IMG/VR virus record: IMGVR_UViG_3300027969_000084
Location: 5,696 to 69,695 of that record
Direction: 5' to 3' (one strand)
Source of the DNA: a virus
DNA length: 64,000 bases
Below, piece after piece: positions 8,289-17,431 of the stretch (positions within the stretch are counted from its first letter, which is position 1; every line of letters begins with the position of its first letter). The notes beneath the pieces are model-generated. The model had not been told where the DNA came from. It saw nothing but the letters and a program-made list of their open reading frames with translations, and did not search any database. Both the position numbers and the translations under genes were made by a program.

Positions 8289-8800
8289 TGACTGAAGAAG
8301 AGCAAATTGCATGTGTGAAGGAACATTTAGGAAATATCCGATACATCAAGAATCCATCTGAAGCAGTTAAGTTGGCTGCTGTTACACAATATGCATTGGC
8401 AATTCGATATATTAAGAATCCATCTGAAGCAGTTAAATTGGCGGCTGTTGCTCGATGGGGCGATGCGCTTCAATATATTAATAATCCGAGTGAAGCAGTT
8501 CAATTGGCTGCGGCCACTCAATATGGAACGGCAATTCAATATATTGATAATCCAAGTGAGCAAGTTCAATTGGCGGCTGTCATTGGAAATGGATATGCAA
8601 TTAAACATATCAAGAATACAATTGATCTAGTTAAATTGGCTGCGGTTGCTCAAAATGGAAAGGCAATTCAATATATTAAGAATCCGAGTGAAGAAGTTCA
8701 ATTAGCGGCTGTTACTGAAAATGGCTGGGCTATTCAATATATTGATAATCCGAGTGATCGGGTTAAGATGCTTGCGGAACTATGCAAGGAATATGCATGA
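8288..8800 (+). CDS. 22-aa repeat protein 2
   Basis: MTEEEQ start overlapping the upstream stop (TGATG). Confidence 0.85.
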   Translation: MTEEEQIACVKEHLGNIRYIKNPSEAVKLAAVTQYALAIRYIKNPSEAVKLAAVARWGDALQYINNPSEAVQLAAATQYGTAIQYIDNPSEQVQLAAVIGNGYAIKHIKNTIDLVKLAAVAQNGKAIQYIKNPSEEVQLAAVTENGWAIQYIDNPSDRVKMLAELCKEYA

Positions 8801-9444
8801 TGACTGAAGAAGAGCAAATTGCTGCCGTTACTAAAGATGCATGGGCAATTCAATGGATAGATAATGCAAGCGAAGTCGTGCAATTAGCGGCTGTTACTAA
8901 TCATGTGTATGCAATTCAGTATATAAAAAATCCAAGTGAAGCTGTGCAATTGGCTGCGGTAATGAACGATGGAGAGGCAATTCGAGATATTAATTGTCCA
9001 TCTGAAGCAGTTCAGTTGGTTGCTGTCACGCGAGATATAGATGCAATTCAATATATTGGAAATCCAAGTGAACTAGTTCAATTAGTTGCTGTTAAACAAG
9101 ACGGTTTTGCAATTCAATATATCAATAATCCATTAGAAACAGTTCGATTGGCGGCTGTTAAAAAACATGGGTCGTCAATCCAATATATTAACGATCCAAG
9201 CGAAGCCGTTCAATTATCGGCTGTTACTCAAAATGGACATGCAATTTATTATATTAATAATCCATCTGAAGAAGTTCAGCTAGCGGCTATTATGCAAAAT
9301 AGTTCTGCAATTGCATATATTGATCATCCATCTGAAGAATTGCAAGTAGCGGCTGTTACTCAAAATGGTTGGGCTATTCGTCATATAAAGAATGCATCTG
9401 AACGGGTTAAGATTCTTGCTGAATTATGCAAGGAATATGCGTGA
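8797..9444 (+). CDS. 22-aa repeat protein 3
   Basis: ATGA overlap, MMTEEEQ start, LAELCKEYA end. Confidence 0.85.
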   Translation: MMTEEEQIAAVTKDAWAIQWIDNASEVVQLAAVTNHVYAIQYIKNPSEAVQLAAVMNDGEAIRDINCPSEAVQLVAVTRDIDAIQYIGNPSELVQLVAVKQDGFAIQYINNPLETVRLAAVKKHGSSIQYINDPSEAVQLSAVTQNGHAIYYINNPSEEVQLAAIMQNSSAIAYIDHPSEELQVAAVTQNGWAIRHIKNASERVKILAELCKEYA

Positions 9445-9824
9445 TGACTGAGGAAGAGCAAATTGCTTACGTAACGAAAAATGGAGAGAATATCCGGCGT
9501 ATTAAGAATCCATCAGAATATATTCAATTGGTTGCTGTTCGAAGAAATGGTTTTGCAATTGAATATATTGATAATCCATCCGAGGAAGTTCAAATGGCTG
9601 CTATTGAAAAAAATGCATATACCCTCGAATATATCAAGAATCCATCTGAAGCAGTTCAATTAGCTGCTATTACTAAAAATGGATATGCAATTCTATATAT
9701 TAAGAATCCATCCGAAGAGTTTCAATTAATTGCAGTTCAACAAAATGGATATGCAATTCATTATATTGACAATCCAAGTGACCAAGTTAAAGTTATGGCT
9801 GAAATGTGCAAGAGATATTCATGA
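9444..9824 (+). CDS. 22-aa repeat protein 4
   Basis: TGATG overlap, same architecture. Confidence 0.85.
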   Translation: MTEEEQIAYVTKNGENIRRIKNPSEYIQLVAVRRNGFAIEYIDNPSEEVQMAAIEKNAYTLEYIKNPSEAVQLAAITKNGYAILYIKNPSEEFQLIAVQQNGYAIHYIDNPSDQVKVMAEMCKRYS

Positions 9825-10174
9825 CCGAATCCGAAAAAGTTAGATATGTGTATATGACTGAAGAAGAACAAATAGCACATGTTCAGAAACATTGGGAAAA
9901 TATCCGATATATTCATAATCCATCCGAAGAGGTTCAATTAGCTGCTGTTTCTTTTTATGGCCCCGCCATTCAATGGATTAATAATCCATCTGAAGCAGTT
10001 AAAATAGCGGCTGTCACGCAACGTGGATTTACTGTTATCAATTTTGATGATCCAAGTGAAGCGGTTCAATTAGCTGCGGTTACTCAAAATTGTGGGGCAA
10101 TTACATTTATTAAAAATCCGACAGATAGTGTTCTGGTTCTTGCAAAATTACTCAAGTACATGCCTAATGACTGA
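9821..10174 (+). CDS. 22-aa repeat protein 5
   Basis: ATGA overlap; doubled N-cap MTESEKVRYVY-MTEEEQ. Confidence 0.85.
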   Translation: MTESEKVRYVYMTEEEQIAHVQKHWENIRYIHNPSEEVQLAAVSFYGPAIQWINNPSEAVKIAAVTQRGFTVINFDDPSEAVQLAAVTQNCGAITFIKNPTDSVLVLAKLLKYMPND

Positions 10175-10481
10175 AGAAGAAAAAATTGAACATGCGGCAG
10201 CATATTGGGGGTCGATTAAAGATATTGAAAATCCATCTGAAGCAGTGCAATTGTCTGCGGTTCAATACTCTGCGTATTCTATTACATATATTCAAAACCC
10301 ATCTGAAGTAGTTCAATTGGCGGCTGTTACACAAAGTGGAGACGCAATTGCATATATTGATAATCCAAGTGAAGAAGTTCAATTAGCTTCCGTTATACAA
10401 AATGGTTGGGCAATTGAATTTATTAAAAATCCATCTGATCGTGTTAAGATCGTTGCTGAATTATGCAAGGTTCATCCATGA
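10167..10481 (+). CDS. 22-aa repeat protein 6
   Basis: MTEEEK start at 10167 overlapping the upstream gene by 8 nt. Confidence 0.85.
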   Translation: MTEEEKIEHAAAYWGSIKDIENPSEAVQLSAVQYSAYSITYIQNPSEVVQLAAVTQSGDAIAYIDNPSEEVQLASVIQNGWAIEFIKNPSDRVKIVAELCKVHP

Positions 10482-10924
10482 CTGAAGAAGAAAAAATCGC
10501 ATATGTGACAACACATTGGCATGCAATTGGGCATATTGAGAATCCATCTGAAGCAGTTCAGTTGGCGTCTGTTAATAATCATGGATATACAGTTAAATAT
10601 ATTAAGAATCCAAGTGAAGCAGTTCAATTGGCGGCTGTTACACAAAGTGGATATGCAATCCATTATATTAATAATGCTAGTGAAGAAATTAAATTGGCTG
10701 CTGTTAAACAAGACGGTTTTGCAATTCAATATATCAATAATCCATCCGAAGCGGTACAACTGGCTGCTGTAAATAATCTTGGACATGCAATTCGGTATAT
10801 TAAGAATCCATCTGAAGAAGTTCAAATAGCGGCGATTATACAAGATGCACGGGCAATTAATGTAATTGATAATCCATCCGATACTGTTAAAATTATTGCA
10901 GAAATGTGCAAGAGATATTCATGA
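10478..10924 (+). CDS. 22-aa repeat protein 7
   Basis: ATGA overlap, same architecture. Confidence 0.85.
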   Translation: MTEEEKIAYVTTHWHAIGHIENPSEAVQLASVNNHGYTVKYIKNPSEAVQLAAVTQSGYAIHYINNASEEIKLAAVKQDGFAIQYINNPSEAVQLAAVNNLGHAIRYIKNPSEEVQIAAIIQDARAINVIDNPSDTVKIIAEMCKRYS

Positions 10925-11304
10925 CTCAAGAAGAACAAATGGCCAATGTCCAACGAAATGGGCGGCTCATTCTAGGTATTGATAATCCATCCGAAGAAGT
11001 TCAGTTGGCGGCTGTTCGACAAAATGGATATGCTATTCATTTTATTGATAATCCATCCGAAGCAGTTAAATTAGCCGCTGTTAGGCAAAATGGATATGCA
11101 ATTTATTATATTAAGAATCCATCTGAAGAAGTTCAGCTAGCGGCTATTATGCAAAATAGTTCTGCAATTGCATATATTGATTATCCATCTGAAGAATTAC
11201 AATTAGCTGCGGTTACGCAAAATGGATGGGCGATCCATATGATTGAAAATCCGAGTGAACGAGTTAAGATTATTGCTGAACTTTGCAAGGTACATGATGA
11301 CTGA
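10921..11304 (+). CDS. 22-aa repeat protein 8
   Basis: ATGA overlap, MTQEEQ start. Confidence 0.85.
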   Translation: MTQEEQMANVQRNGRLILGIDNPSEEVQLAAVRQNGYAIHFIDNPSEAVKLAAVRQNGYAIYYIKNPSEEVQLAAIMQNSSAIAYIDYPSEELQLAAVTQNGWAIHMIENPSERVKIIAELCKVHDD

Positions 11305-11773
11305 AGAAGAACAAATGGCTAATGTCCAACGAAATGGGCGGCTCATTCAATTTATTAAGAAGCCATCTGCGGCGGTGCAACTCGCTGCTATCCAGCAAAA
11401 CGCATGGGCAATCCATTACATTAAAAATCCTAGCAAAAAGTTGCAGTTGATTGCTATTAAAAAACAACCTAAAGTAATCAAATATATCAATAATCCATCT
11501 GAAGAAGTTCAGTTGGCTGCGGTTACTCAAAGTGGCTGGGTGATCTATGATCTTAAGAACCCATCGGAAGATGTTAAACTTGCCGCCGTTTCATCTGCTG
11601 GTCGGTCGATAAAATACCTCAATGACCCAAGTGAGAAAGTTCAACTAGCCGCAATTCAACAGGACTGTAATGCAATTAATTATATTGTAAATCCATCCGA
11701 TGTTGTTCTAATTTTTCATGCCATGTGTTATGATTATCGTGATGAGGATGAGGGCGACGATGGCGATGACTGA
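11294..11773 (+). CDS. 22-aa repeat protein 9 with acidic tail
   Basis: N-cap nearly identical to protein 8; ends DEDEGDDGDD. Confidence 0.85.
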   Translation: MMTEEEQMANVQRNGRLIQFIKKPSAAVQLAAIQQNAWAIHYIKNPSKKLQLIAIKKQPKVIKYINNPSEEVQLAAVTQSGWVIYDLKNPSEDVKLAAVSSAGRSIKYLNDPSEKVQLAAIQQDCNAINYIVNPSDVVLIFHAMCYDYRDEDEGDDGDD

Positions 11774-12017
11774 AGAAGAACAAATTACCTATGTTAAGGA
11801 AGATTGGATGAAAATCCGATATATCGAGAATCCATCTGAGGCTGTTCAATTAGCTTCAGTTACTGAACATCCATTTTCTATTCAATTTATTAAAAACCCA
11901 TCCGAAGAAATTAAATTAGCTGCTGTTACAAAAAGCGGATGGGTTATTACATGTATCAAGAATCCATCGGATAATTTAAGGATACTTGCTGAACTATCTA
12001 AGCTACCTATTCAATAA
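11766..12017 (+). CDS. 22-aa repeat protein 10
   Basis: MTEEEQ start at 11766. Confidence 0.85.
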   Translation: MTEEEQITYVKEDWMKIRYIENPSEAVQLASVTEHPFSIQFIKNPSEEIKLAAVTKSGWVITCIKNPSDNLRILAELSKLPIQ

Positions 12018-12064
12018 AAAGTTTTCGAGGATGAAACCGTTTTCCATATTTCACCCTCTATTTT

Positions 12065-12994
12065 TTATTTGATTATTACATTATCTCTTTTATCATTTTT
12101 ATCGCCATCAATGAGTTTTAGTCCGTATTCATTGATTTCATTGTTAACAACGAAACTGGCTTTTCTCTTCAATGGATTATTCTTAAACGGGCTATAATCG
12201 ACATAATGGTGCCAACGATTAAACTTCCATACAACCGAAGCCACATTAGGATATGCATCTTCTAGCATTTTGGATTTGGCTAGTGTACCTTCGACTTCAT
12301 AAAAATCCTTATTGTTTCCACCAGCCATGCGCTGAGTAGTAACCTTTCCTTGTAGGAAAGCATTCAATTGAATGGTTGCCCATCCGGCGGTCAATACATC
12401 TAAGCACAATATGGTATCTTCGTTATATCGTCCGCGCCATTTGAAAGGTATATCATTACGAATCAGAAGGCATGAATAGATTCTTGTATTAAGGCAATAT
12501 GGTCTAGCTCTAGAATCAGATTTACAAAAAGAGTAATAGTTGAATCCGGCGATTGCTAGGTTTTCATATCTATCTACAAAATCTTCTGTTGCCACGAAGT
12601 TAACATTTGTCCGCATAGGGCATTTAATGTTTCTATTCAGACGGTGGAAATCATCGATATTATCATCTAATACCCAATGCCACTTATGTCCTTCTGCAAT
12701 AGAATGATCCCATGCAAAGTTTCGCGCAGGACCAGGACCTGTACTTTTGGTAAAACCATGATCGTCTAGTAGTTCATATTCTTCTTTATACTTCTTAGGA
12801 AGTATCAGAAGTCTATCTGCTCCGACGACCTTAGCGTATTCGTCAAACTCTTGTTCTTCTACGATAACCCTGAATGGAACGCCGAGCCTAGTAAGCGCTC
12901 TATTGGTTGTCATATTGGTATATCGACCTTTTGATACGATATACACTGGATAGCGGTTTTCCTGTTTATTCTTGTATCCAGCGTTTTGCTGCAT
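12065..12994 (-). CDS. GREB1/TAGT-like GT-A glycosyltransferase (candidate DNA base modification)
   Basis: YPVYIVSKGR, GPGPARNFAW, WVLDDNI (DxD-like), WRGRYNED, MAGGN motifs. Confidence 0.7.
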   Translation of the reverse strand: MQQNAGYKNKQENRYPVYIVSKGRYTNMTTNRALTRLGVPFRVIVEEQEFDEYAKVVGADRLLILPKKYKEEYELLDDHGFTKSTGPGPARNFAWDHSIAEGHKWHWVLDDNIDDFHRLNRNIKCPMRTNVNFVATEDFVDRYENLAIAGFNYYSFCKSDSRARPYCLNTRIYSCLLIRNDIPFKWRGRYNEDTILCLDVLTAGWATIQLNAFLQGKVTTQRMAGGNNKDFYEVEGTLAKSKMLEDAYPNVASVVWKFNRWHHYVDYSPFKNNPLKRKASFVVNNEINEYGLKLIDGDKNDKRDNVIIK

Positions 12995-13229
12995 TCTTTC
13001 CTCGCTCTAATTCTGGATACCAAGCACTCTTAGTTTTTGGTGTTAATTTTTGGCCAATCAATTTAGAAAAAGCATCTAAATCTTCTTGATTGTCGAAACG
13101 AAAAATAATCTTAGCGAATGGTGGTTTATTTTCCTGAACAAACTCAGGCATTTCTACCCATTCTTCGGTTGATGATGTATCATCCTGATTATCATCAAGA
13201 TCACCCAACCAATCGTCCAATGATGACAT
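12966..13229 (-). CDS. small partner protein of the glycosyltransferase
   Basis: EW.EMPEF.QE...IGQK.TPKTKS.WYP; GGAG SD; overlaps the GT start. Confidence 0.7.
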   Translation of the reverse strand: MSSLDDWLGDLDDNQDDTSSTEEWVEMPEFVQENKPPFAKIIFRFDNQEDLDAFSKLIGQKLTPKTKSAWYPELERGKNAAKRWIQE

Positions 13230-13377
13230 AACTATCTCCAGATAATTTTAAATATGTTTCACAATATCGGACACGATATAATCGTGTCAATAATAAAATG
13301 GGTTATGGTTGATGTTGCATTTTTTGATAGTTTTGCTATACTGAAAAAGATTTATACATGGAGAAATAGCAGGCAAT

Positions 13378-13656
13378 ATGGATGAAGATATCGAAATCAT
13401 TACTCTTGATGATCAGCAGACGGAACGTCTTGTTGTAATTGGTGTTGACTGGGACGATAATCTCGACCGTCCTGCACACAATGCTATATTTACTACTGAA
13501 GTTGACGAATGGTGTTTAGAAAATCTTTTAAAATCAACACGTATTCGTTGTGGCAGGCATTTTTATAGTTTACAGCCGTATGATTATCATTATGAGATTG
13601 ATGTAGAGTTTGGTTCTGAAGATGATTTGTTTTTGTTTACCTTGAGGTGGCTTTGA
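13378..13656 (+). CDS. FKLRW-tail family protein
   Basis: ends VEFGSEDDLFLFTLRWL. Confidence 0.75.
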   Translation: MDEDIEIITLDDQQTERLVVIGVDWDDNLDRPAHNAIFTTEVDEWCLENLLKSTRIRCGRHFYSLQPYDYHYEIDVEFGSEDDLFLFTLRWL

Positions 13657-13979
13657 TGGAAGATTTTGAATCAAATCCGGTCGAGGCACAGACTGAAGCT
13701 GAAATAAAATATTTTACAATGTTGCTTTCTCGGCTTGATTTTCTTAAGAATCAGGATCGATGGTTAAATATTCTCTCAAAAGATAGAGAATCTGATTTGT
13801 ATGATAATGTTGTGGAAATTAACATCAAAGAATCGAATGCGGTTGTAGAAAATATCAATTGGTGGCTGCGCGATAATGGTGGGAATTGGGGCTGCGGTTT
13901 TAATTTCTCAAATTTTACAATTTCTTTCAATTTTGAAGATAATAATACTGCTATTCATTTTAAGCTAAATTGGGGCTGA
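13656..13979 (+). CDS. FKLRW-tail family protein
   Basis: ends FNFEDNNTAIHFKLNWG; TGATG coupling. Confidence 0.75.
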   Translation: MEDFESNPVEAQTEAEIKYFTMLLSRLDFLKNQDRWLNILSKDRESDLYDNVVEINIKESNAVVENINWWLRDNGGNWGCGFNFSNFTISFNFEDNNTAIHFKLNWG

Positions 13980-14006
13980 TTGTGTTTAAGCAATGGATAT
14001 TTGGTA

Positions 14007-14522
14007 ATGACTGAAGAAGAAAACCTTGAACGTGTAAAGAAAAATGGATGGGAAATTCAATATATTGAAAATCCATCAGAAGAAGTACAACTAGCTGCGG
14101 TTAAACAACGTGGATGGGCAATTCGATATATTAAGAATCCATCAGAAGCCGTTCAATTGGCTTCAGTTCAACAAAATGGATATGCTATTAAATGGCTTAA
14201 GAATCCATCCGAAGAATTACAAATGATAGCGGTTCTACAATTCTCTGGTTTGACAATCGAAAATATTGAGAATCCAAGTGAAGAAGTTCAATTAACTGCG
14301 GCCAAACAAAATGGGGCAGTTATTGAATGGATTAAAAATCCGAGTGAAGAGGTCCAGTTGGCTGCTGTTACTAATAATGGCTGGTTCGTTAAATATATTA
14401 ATAACCCGTCTGAAGCAGTTCAATTAGCTGCGGTTACTGAAAATGGTTGGGCCATTAAATATATTGATAATCCTACTTACCGAGTCAAGGTACTTGCCGA
14501 ATTATGCAAGGATCATGACTGA
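14007..14522 (+). CDS. 22-aa repeat protein 11
   Basis: MTEEE start, LAELCK end. Confidence 0.85.
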   Translation: MTEEENLERVKKNGWEIQYIENPSEEVQLAAVKQRGWAIRYIKNPSEAVQLASVQQNGYAIKWLKNPSEELQMIAVLQFSGLTIENIENPSEEVQLTAAKQNGAVIEWIKNPSEEVQLAAVTNNGWFVKYINNPSEAVQLAAVTENGWAIKYIDNPTYRVKVLAELCKDHD

Positions 14523-14995
14523 TTAGTTACATACATGCTCCAGAAAGGCCCTTTAATAGGGTCATCTTCTCTTTCAGGGAATAAATATTCATTCAATCTC
14601 GCAACCCAATCAGGAGTTAGGTGATGATTGCGAAGTCCTCCGGTAGGGAAGATATGAACTTCTTGGTGTTGGGTGCCTTCAAGTTGCTGAAGAGCTACCA
14701 TACGATTCCTGCCTTCATGCCCTGTAATTCTTGCTGGACGAGACAAATCACCTTCTTCCCATTCATCTGGGATAGTAACGAGTAAGAATGGTGCTGCTAG
14801 ATGTCCACCTTCTTGTACATGTTGTATCATGCTCTTGACACTAATCTGTTCGCCTAATGGTGCGGCCAACTTAAGGAAAGTATATGGTTTCATTCTGACG
14901 CGAAGACCCTTGTAGTCAACATTGCGATTATCAGCCACTGCGCCCCAACCGTTTTCATTGTCCATTTGATGTTCGAAGATTTCGTGCGCTCGCAT
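14513..14995 (-). CDS. ParB/Srx-like domain protein with MRAHEIFE tag
   Basis: GHEGRNRMVAL resembles the ParB-N DGxxR motif; TATAAATA at 15022-15029. Confidence 0.55.
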   Translation of the reverse strand: MRAHEIFEHQMDNENGWGAVADNRNVDYKGLRVRMKPYTFLKLAAPLGEQISVKSMIQHVQEGGHLAAPFLLVTIPDEWEEGDLSRPARITGHEGRNRMVALQQLEGTQHQEVHIFPTGGLRNHHLTPDWVARLNEYLFPEREDDPIKGPFWSMYVTNQS

Positions 14996-15051
14996 TTATT
15001 ATTCTCGTTTTGATTGTATACTATTTATACGCTTGATTTTTTAACCAGATT

Positions 15052-15234
15052 ATGATATTATTTAATTACGATATGGCGGCGAGGGCAGAGGAAAATCGTA
15101 ACTTCATCGTTGGACAGACTGCTGAAATTTTATGCGATGTGATCACGCAGAACCAAGATGGTACATATTCGTTGCGTTTCCCACGCTTTGTACGCTTTAG
15201 AGATGACAAGGAGAACCAGAATGACTCAATATAG
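15052..15234 (+). pseudogene. C-terminal fragment of ATP-dependent DNA ligase
   Basis: IVGQTAEI..D.ITQNQDGTYSLRFPRFVRFRDDK = ligase OB-fold end/motif VI, no catalytic domain upstream. Confidence 0.7.
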
Positions 15235-15469
15235 AATCAAAAAGTTAGGCCCAAAACTTTACGAAGTTCAAAAGAAAGTACTTTTGTATTGGGGTGATGC
15301 TTTTAGTACCATGACGGGTGTGGCGAACATGAGGCGGTTAGAGAATAGACAGTTTGACTCCTATCATGCAGCAAGATCATATTTAAAAAACTATCTAGAA
15401 AAGGGTATGAATGTAAAGAAGAACGTTCCAGCATATTTTTATCCACCCTTTCCCGATAACGAACCATAA
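15221..15469 (+). CDS. hypothetical protein
   Basis: AGGAG SD before MTQYRIKK at 15221. Confidence 0.7.
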   Translation: MTQYRIKKLGPKLYEVQKKVLLYWGDAFSTMTGVANMRRLENRQFDSYHAARSYLKNYLEKGMNVKKNVPAYFYPPFPDNEP

Positions 15470-15777
15470 TGAACATTAAACTTAAAGCAGCATTGTACAC
15501 CATTATTCCATACCTCGGTACAGCGATATGGCTGTTTTCATTGGCAACTTGGTATGAACCAACACTGTTATTCACTCTGTTTTTTCTTTGGTTTGTCGCA
15601 CTACCATTCGCTATTTACAATCTCGTATACCTTAATCTAAAAGGTAAGCAGAATAGAGCAGATGACCAACAACGGATGAAAGATTTTATAGCCGAGAATA
15701 AAAAAGCAAGTGACAGGGTACAACAAACGGTTAACGCCATGCTAGACAGGCATCGTGACCGTTCGCGCAGGTCATAA
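15469..15777 (+). CDS. membrane protein
   Basis: two hydrophobic segments then a charged tail; TAATG coupling. Confidence 0.7.
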   Translation: MNIKLKAALYTIIPYLGTAIWLFSLATWYEPTLLFTLFFLWFVALPFAIYNLVYLNLKGKQNRADDQQRMKDFIAENKKASDRVQQTVNAMLDRHRDRSRRS

Positions 15778-15803
15778 ATTATTACCAATTGGGATTTTTA
15801 AAT

Positions 15804-16172
15804 ATGAATGATCGCAATGACGACGGGCGTCTTAAGTTCGTGGGTTATAATGGGCATTATTCTAGTTATGATATTTGGGGGCAGACGATCCGTTCCGGCG
15901 AGGAGCATCTAATTCACCCATCTTTTGCTAAATTGTATATTCAAGATGATAAACAAATTAGTTTATATACTAAAGAATGGAGGGTCTCCGTAGGAGCCGA
16001 TGATACTATAACAATCTTCAAAACCGAAGATGGACCCAATGGTGCTAAAGAAACTGAATTGGTTGTTAATGCCTTGCGGAATCCATTGGATGAAAGAAAC
16101 CGATTGGCTATTAAAATCATGGACTGCGACGATGATACTTTGATGCGCTTGAAGTTGTTCTTAGGGGAATAA
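15804..16172 (+). CDS. hypothetical protein, paralog of 16216..16542
   Basis: shared tail L.DER.RLA.K....D..TL.R.KLF. Confidence 0.7.
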   Translation: MNDRNDDGRLKFVGYNGHYSSYDIWGQTIRSGEEHLIHPSFAKLYIQDDKQISLYTKEWRVSVGADDTITIFKTEDGPNGAKETELVVNALRNPLDERNRLAIKIMDCDDDTLMRLKLFLGE

Positions 16173-16215
16173 ATTATGAAACTTTCCACACACGCTAACA
16201 TGAAAGAGTTTTAAA

Positions 16216-16542
16216 ATGTCTCATATCACCAAAATAGGTAATTATAAGTATAGCTTGTGGGGCAATGATTCCAATAAAAGCTTATTTGTTAATGAACATT
16301 TTTGCGTAATAAACATTGGTGGAGATAATGAATGGGACATCGAGTTTATGCAAGATGGTTCAGATTTTAGCATTCATAGAACTACTTTCACTAAAAATAA
16401 ATCTTTGGCTGATATTAATGAAGACATTTCTTTTTTTACTAATGCCATTAAGGATTTAGAGGATGAACGCTCTCGTCTTGCCTTGAAAGTGTTAAAAGCC
16501 GATGAAGAAACATTGTTTCGCATGAAGTTATTTTTCGAGTAA
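16216..16542 (+). CDS. hypothetical protein, paralog of 15804..16172
   Basis: LEDERSRLALKVLKADEETLFRMKLFFE. Confidence 0.7.
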   Translation: MSHITKIGNYKYSLWGNDSNKSLFVNEHFCVINIGGDNEWDIEFMQDGSDFSIHRTTFTKNKSLADINEDISFFTNAIKDLEDERSRLALKVLKADEETLFRMKLFFE

Positions 16543-16562
16543 ATTATGCAGAACGATTTGCC

Positions 16563-16883
16563 ATGAATATTTTTGATAACTTACCGTCTTATATCGGTGG
16601 GGATGTTGCCTCTCGTGCAATATATCGCGTTTATGACAAAAAATGTATGCCCGATCTTGTTTATAAGAATATTCAAATTTACCAAAACGATTGGTTGAAA
16701 AAGAACTTGCCATATAGTTTTGGCGTTGATGATGCCATGTATTTAAACTTTCCTGATGAAGAATTGCTACCGTGGATTATTGATAATTTGCGAGGTGCTT
16801 GGCATGCTAGAAAATCTCCGTATGGCTATATAAGATTTGAAGATAAGAGCGATGCTGCATTATTTAAATTGCGATGGTTTTGA
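16563..16883 (+). CDS. FKLRW-tail family protein
   Basis: ends IRFEDKSDAALFKLRWF. Confidence 0.75.
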   Translation: MNIFDNLPSYIGGDVASRAIYRVYDKKCMPDLVYKNIQIYQNDWLKKNLPYSFGVDDAMYLNFPDEELLPWIIDNLRGAWHARKSPYGYIRFEDKSDAALFKLRWF

Positions 16884-17167
16884 TGATTACATTCGTTATT
16901 GGAACTTCTAGTGAACGGGCGAGTGATATTTTTAATCAACGATTTGCTATTGATCTCAATCCTAATGTAAAATCAAAACGAACTTCTGTTGTGTTTTACA
17001 ATGCCATGGCTTCTATTATTGGCGATTTTGACATTACTGTTCCAAAAAATAATAAGTATTATCCCTTATTTTGTTTTGGTAGCAAGAGTTTTGATAATGA
17101 CGCAGACGCCATAGCATTTAAATTGAAGTTTAGTGAATATATCATTGATGAGATAATTCATGACTAG
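16883..17167 (+). CDS. FKLRW-tail family protein
   Basis: SFDNDADAIAFKLKF near the C-terminus. Confidence 0.7.
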   Translation: MITFVIGTSSERASDIFNQRFAIDLNPNVKSKRTSVVFYNAMASIIGDFDITVPKNNKYYPLFCFGSKSFDNDADAIAFKLKFSEYIIDEIIHD

Positions 17168-17194
17168 TTTAACGAAAAATGAACTCATACAACA

Positions 17195-17410
17195 ATGAAC
17201 CATATATTAGACATAGGCGTTAATGATTACCATACTTGGATCAATTTCGCCAAAAGCCTCGCATGTTTTAATGATTCGGACGATAAACTTAATAAGAAGC
17301 TGGCCGAATATAATGGAAAAGTTTATATAGATAATCGCAACTATAAATATAATTTTGTTGAATTTAAGTCAGAAGCTGATTTGGTTTATTTTAAGTTGGT
17401 TTTTGGCTGA
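17195..17410 (+). CDS. FKLRW-tail family protein
   Basis: ends VEFKSEADLVYFKLVFG. Confidence 0.75.
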   Translation: MNHILDIGVNDYHTWINFAKSLACFNDSDDKLNKKLAEYNGKVYIDNRNYKYNFVEFKSEADLVYFKLVFG

Positions 17411-17431
17411 GATTCCTATATGATATAGGTC

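Noticed and set aside
8327-11530. Overlapping alternative-frame and antisense ORFs in the repeat array
   Set aside because: By-products of the 66-bp periodicity; no independent translation signals.
7971-12017. Diversity-generating retroelement acting on the repeat genes
   Set aside because: No reverse transcriptase in the window and differences between copies are not adenine-specific.
7971-12017. One large frameshifted or recoded pseudogene
   Set aside because: Each unit has its own N-cap and C-cap with standard stop/start overlaps, and core genes read intact in the standard code.
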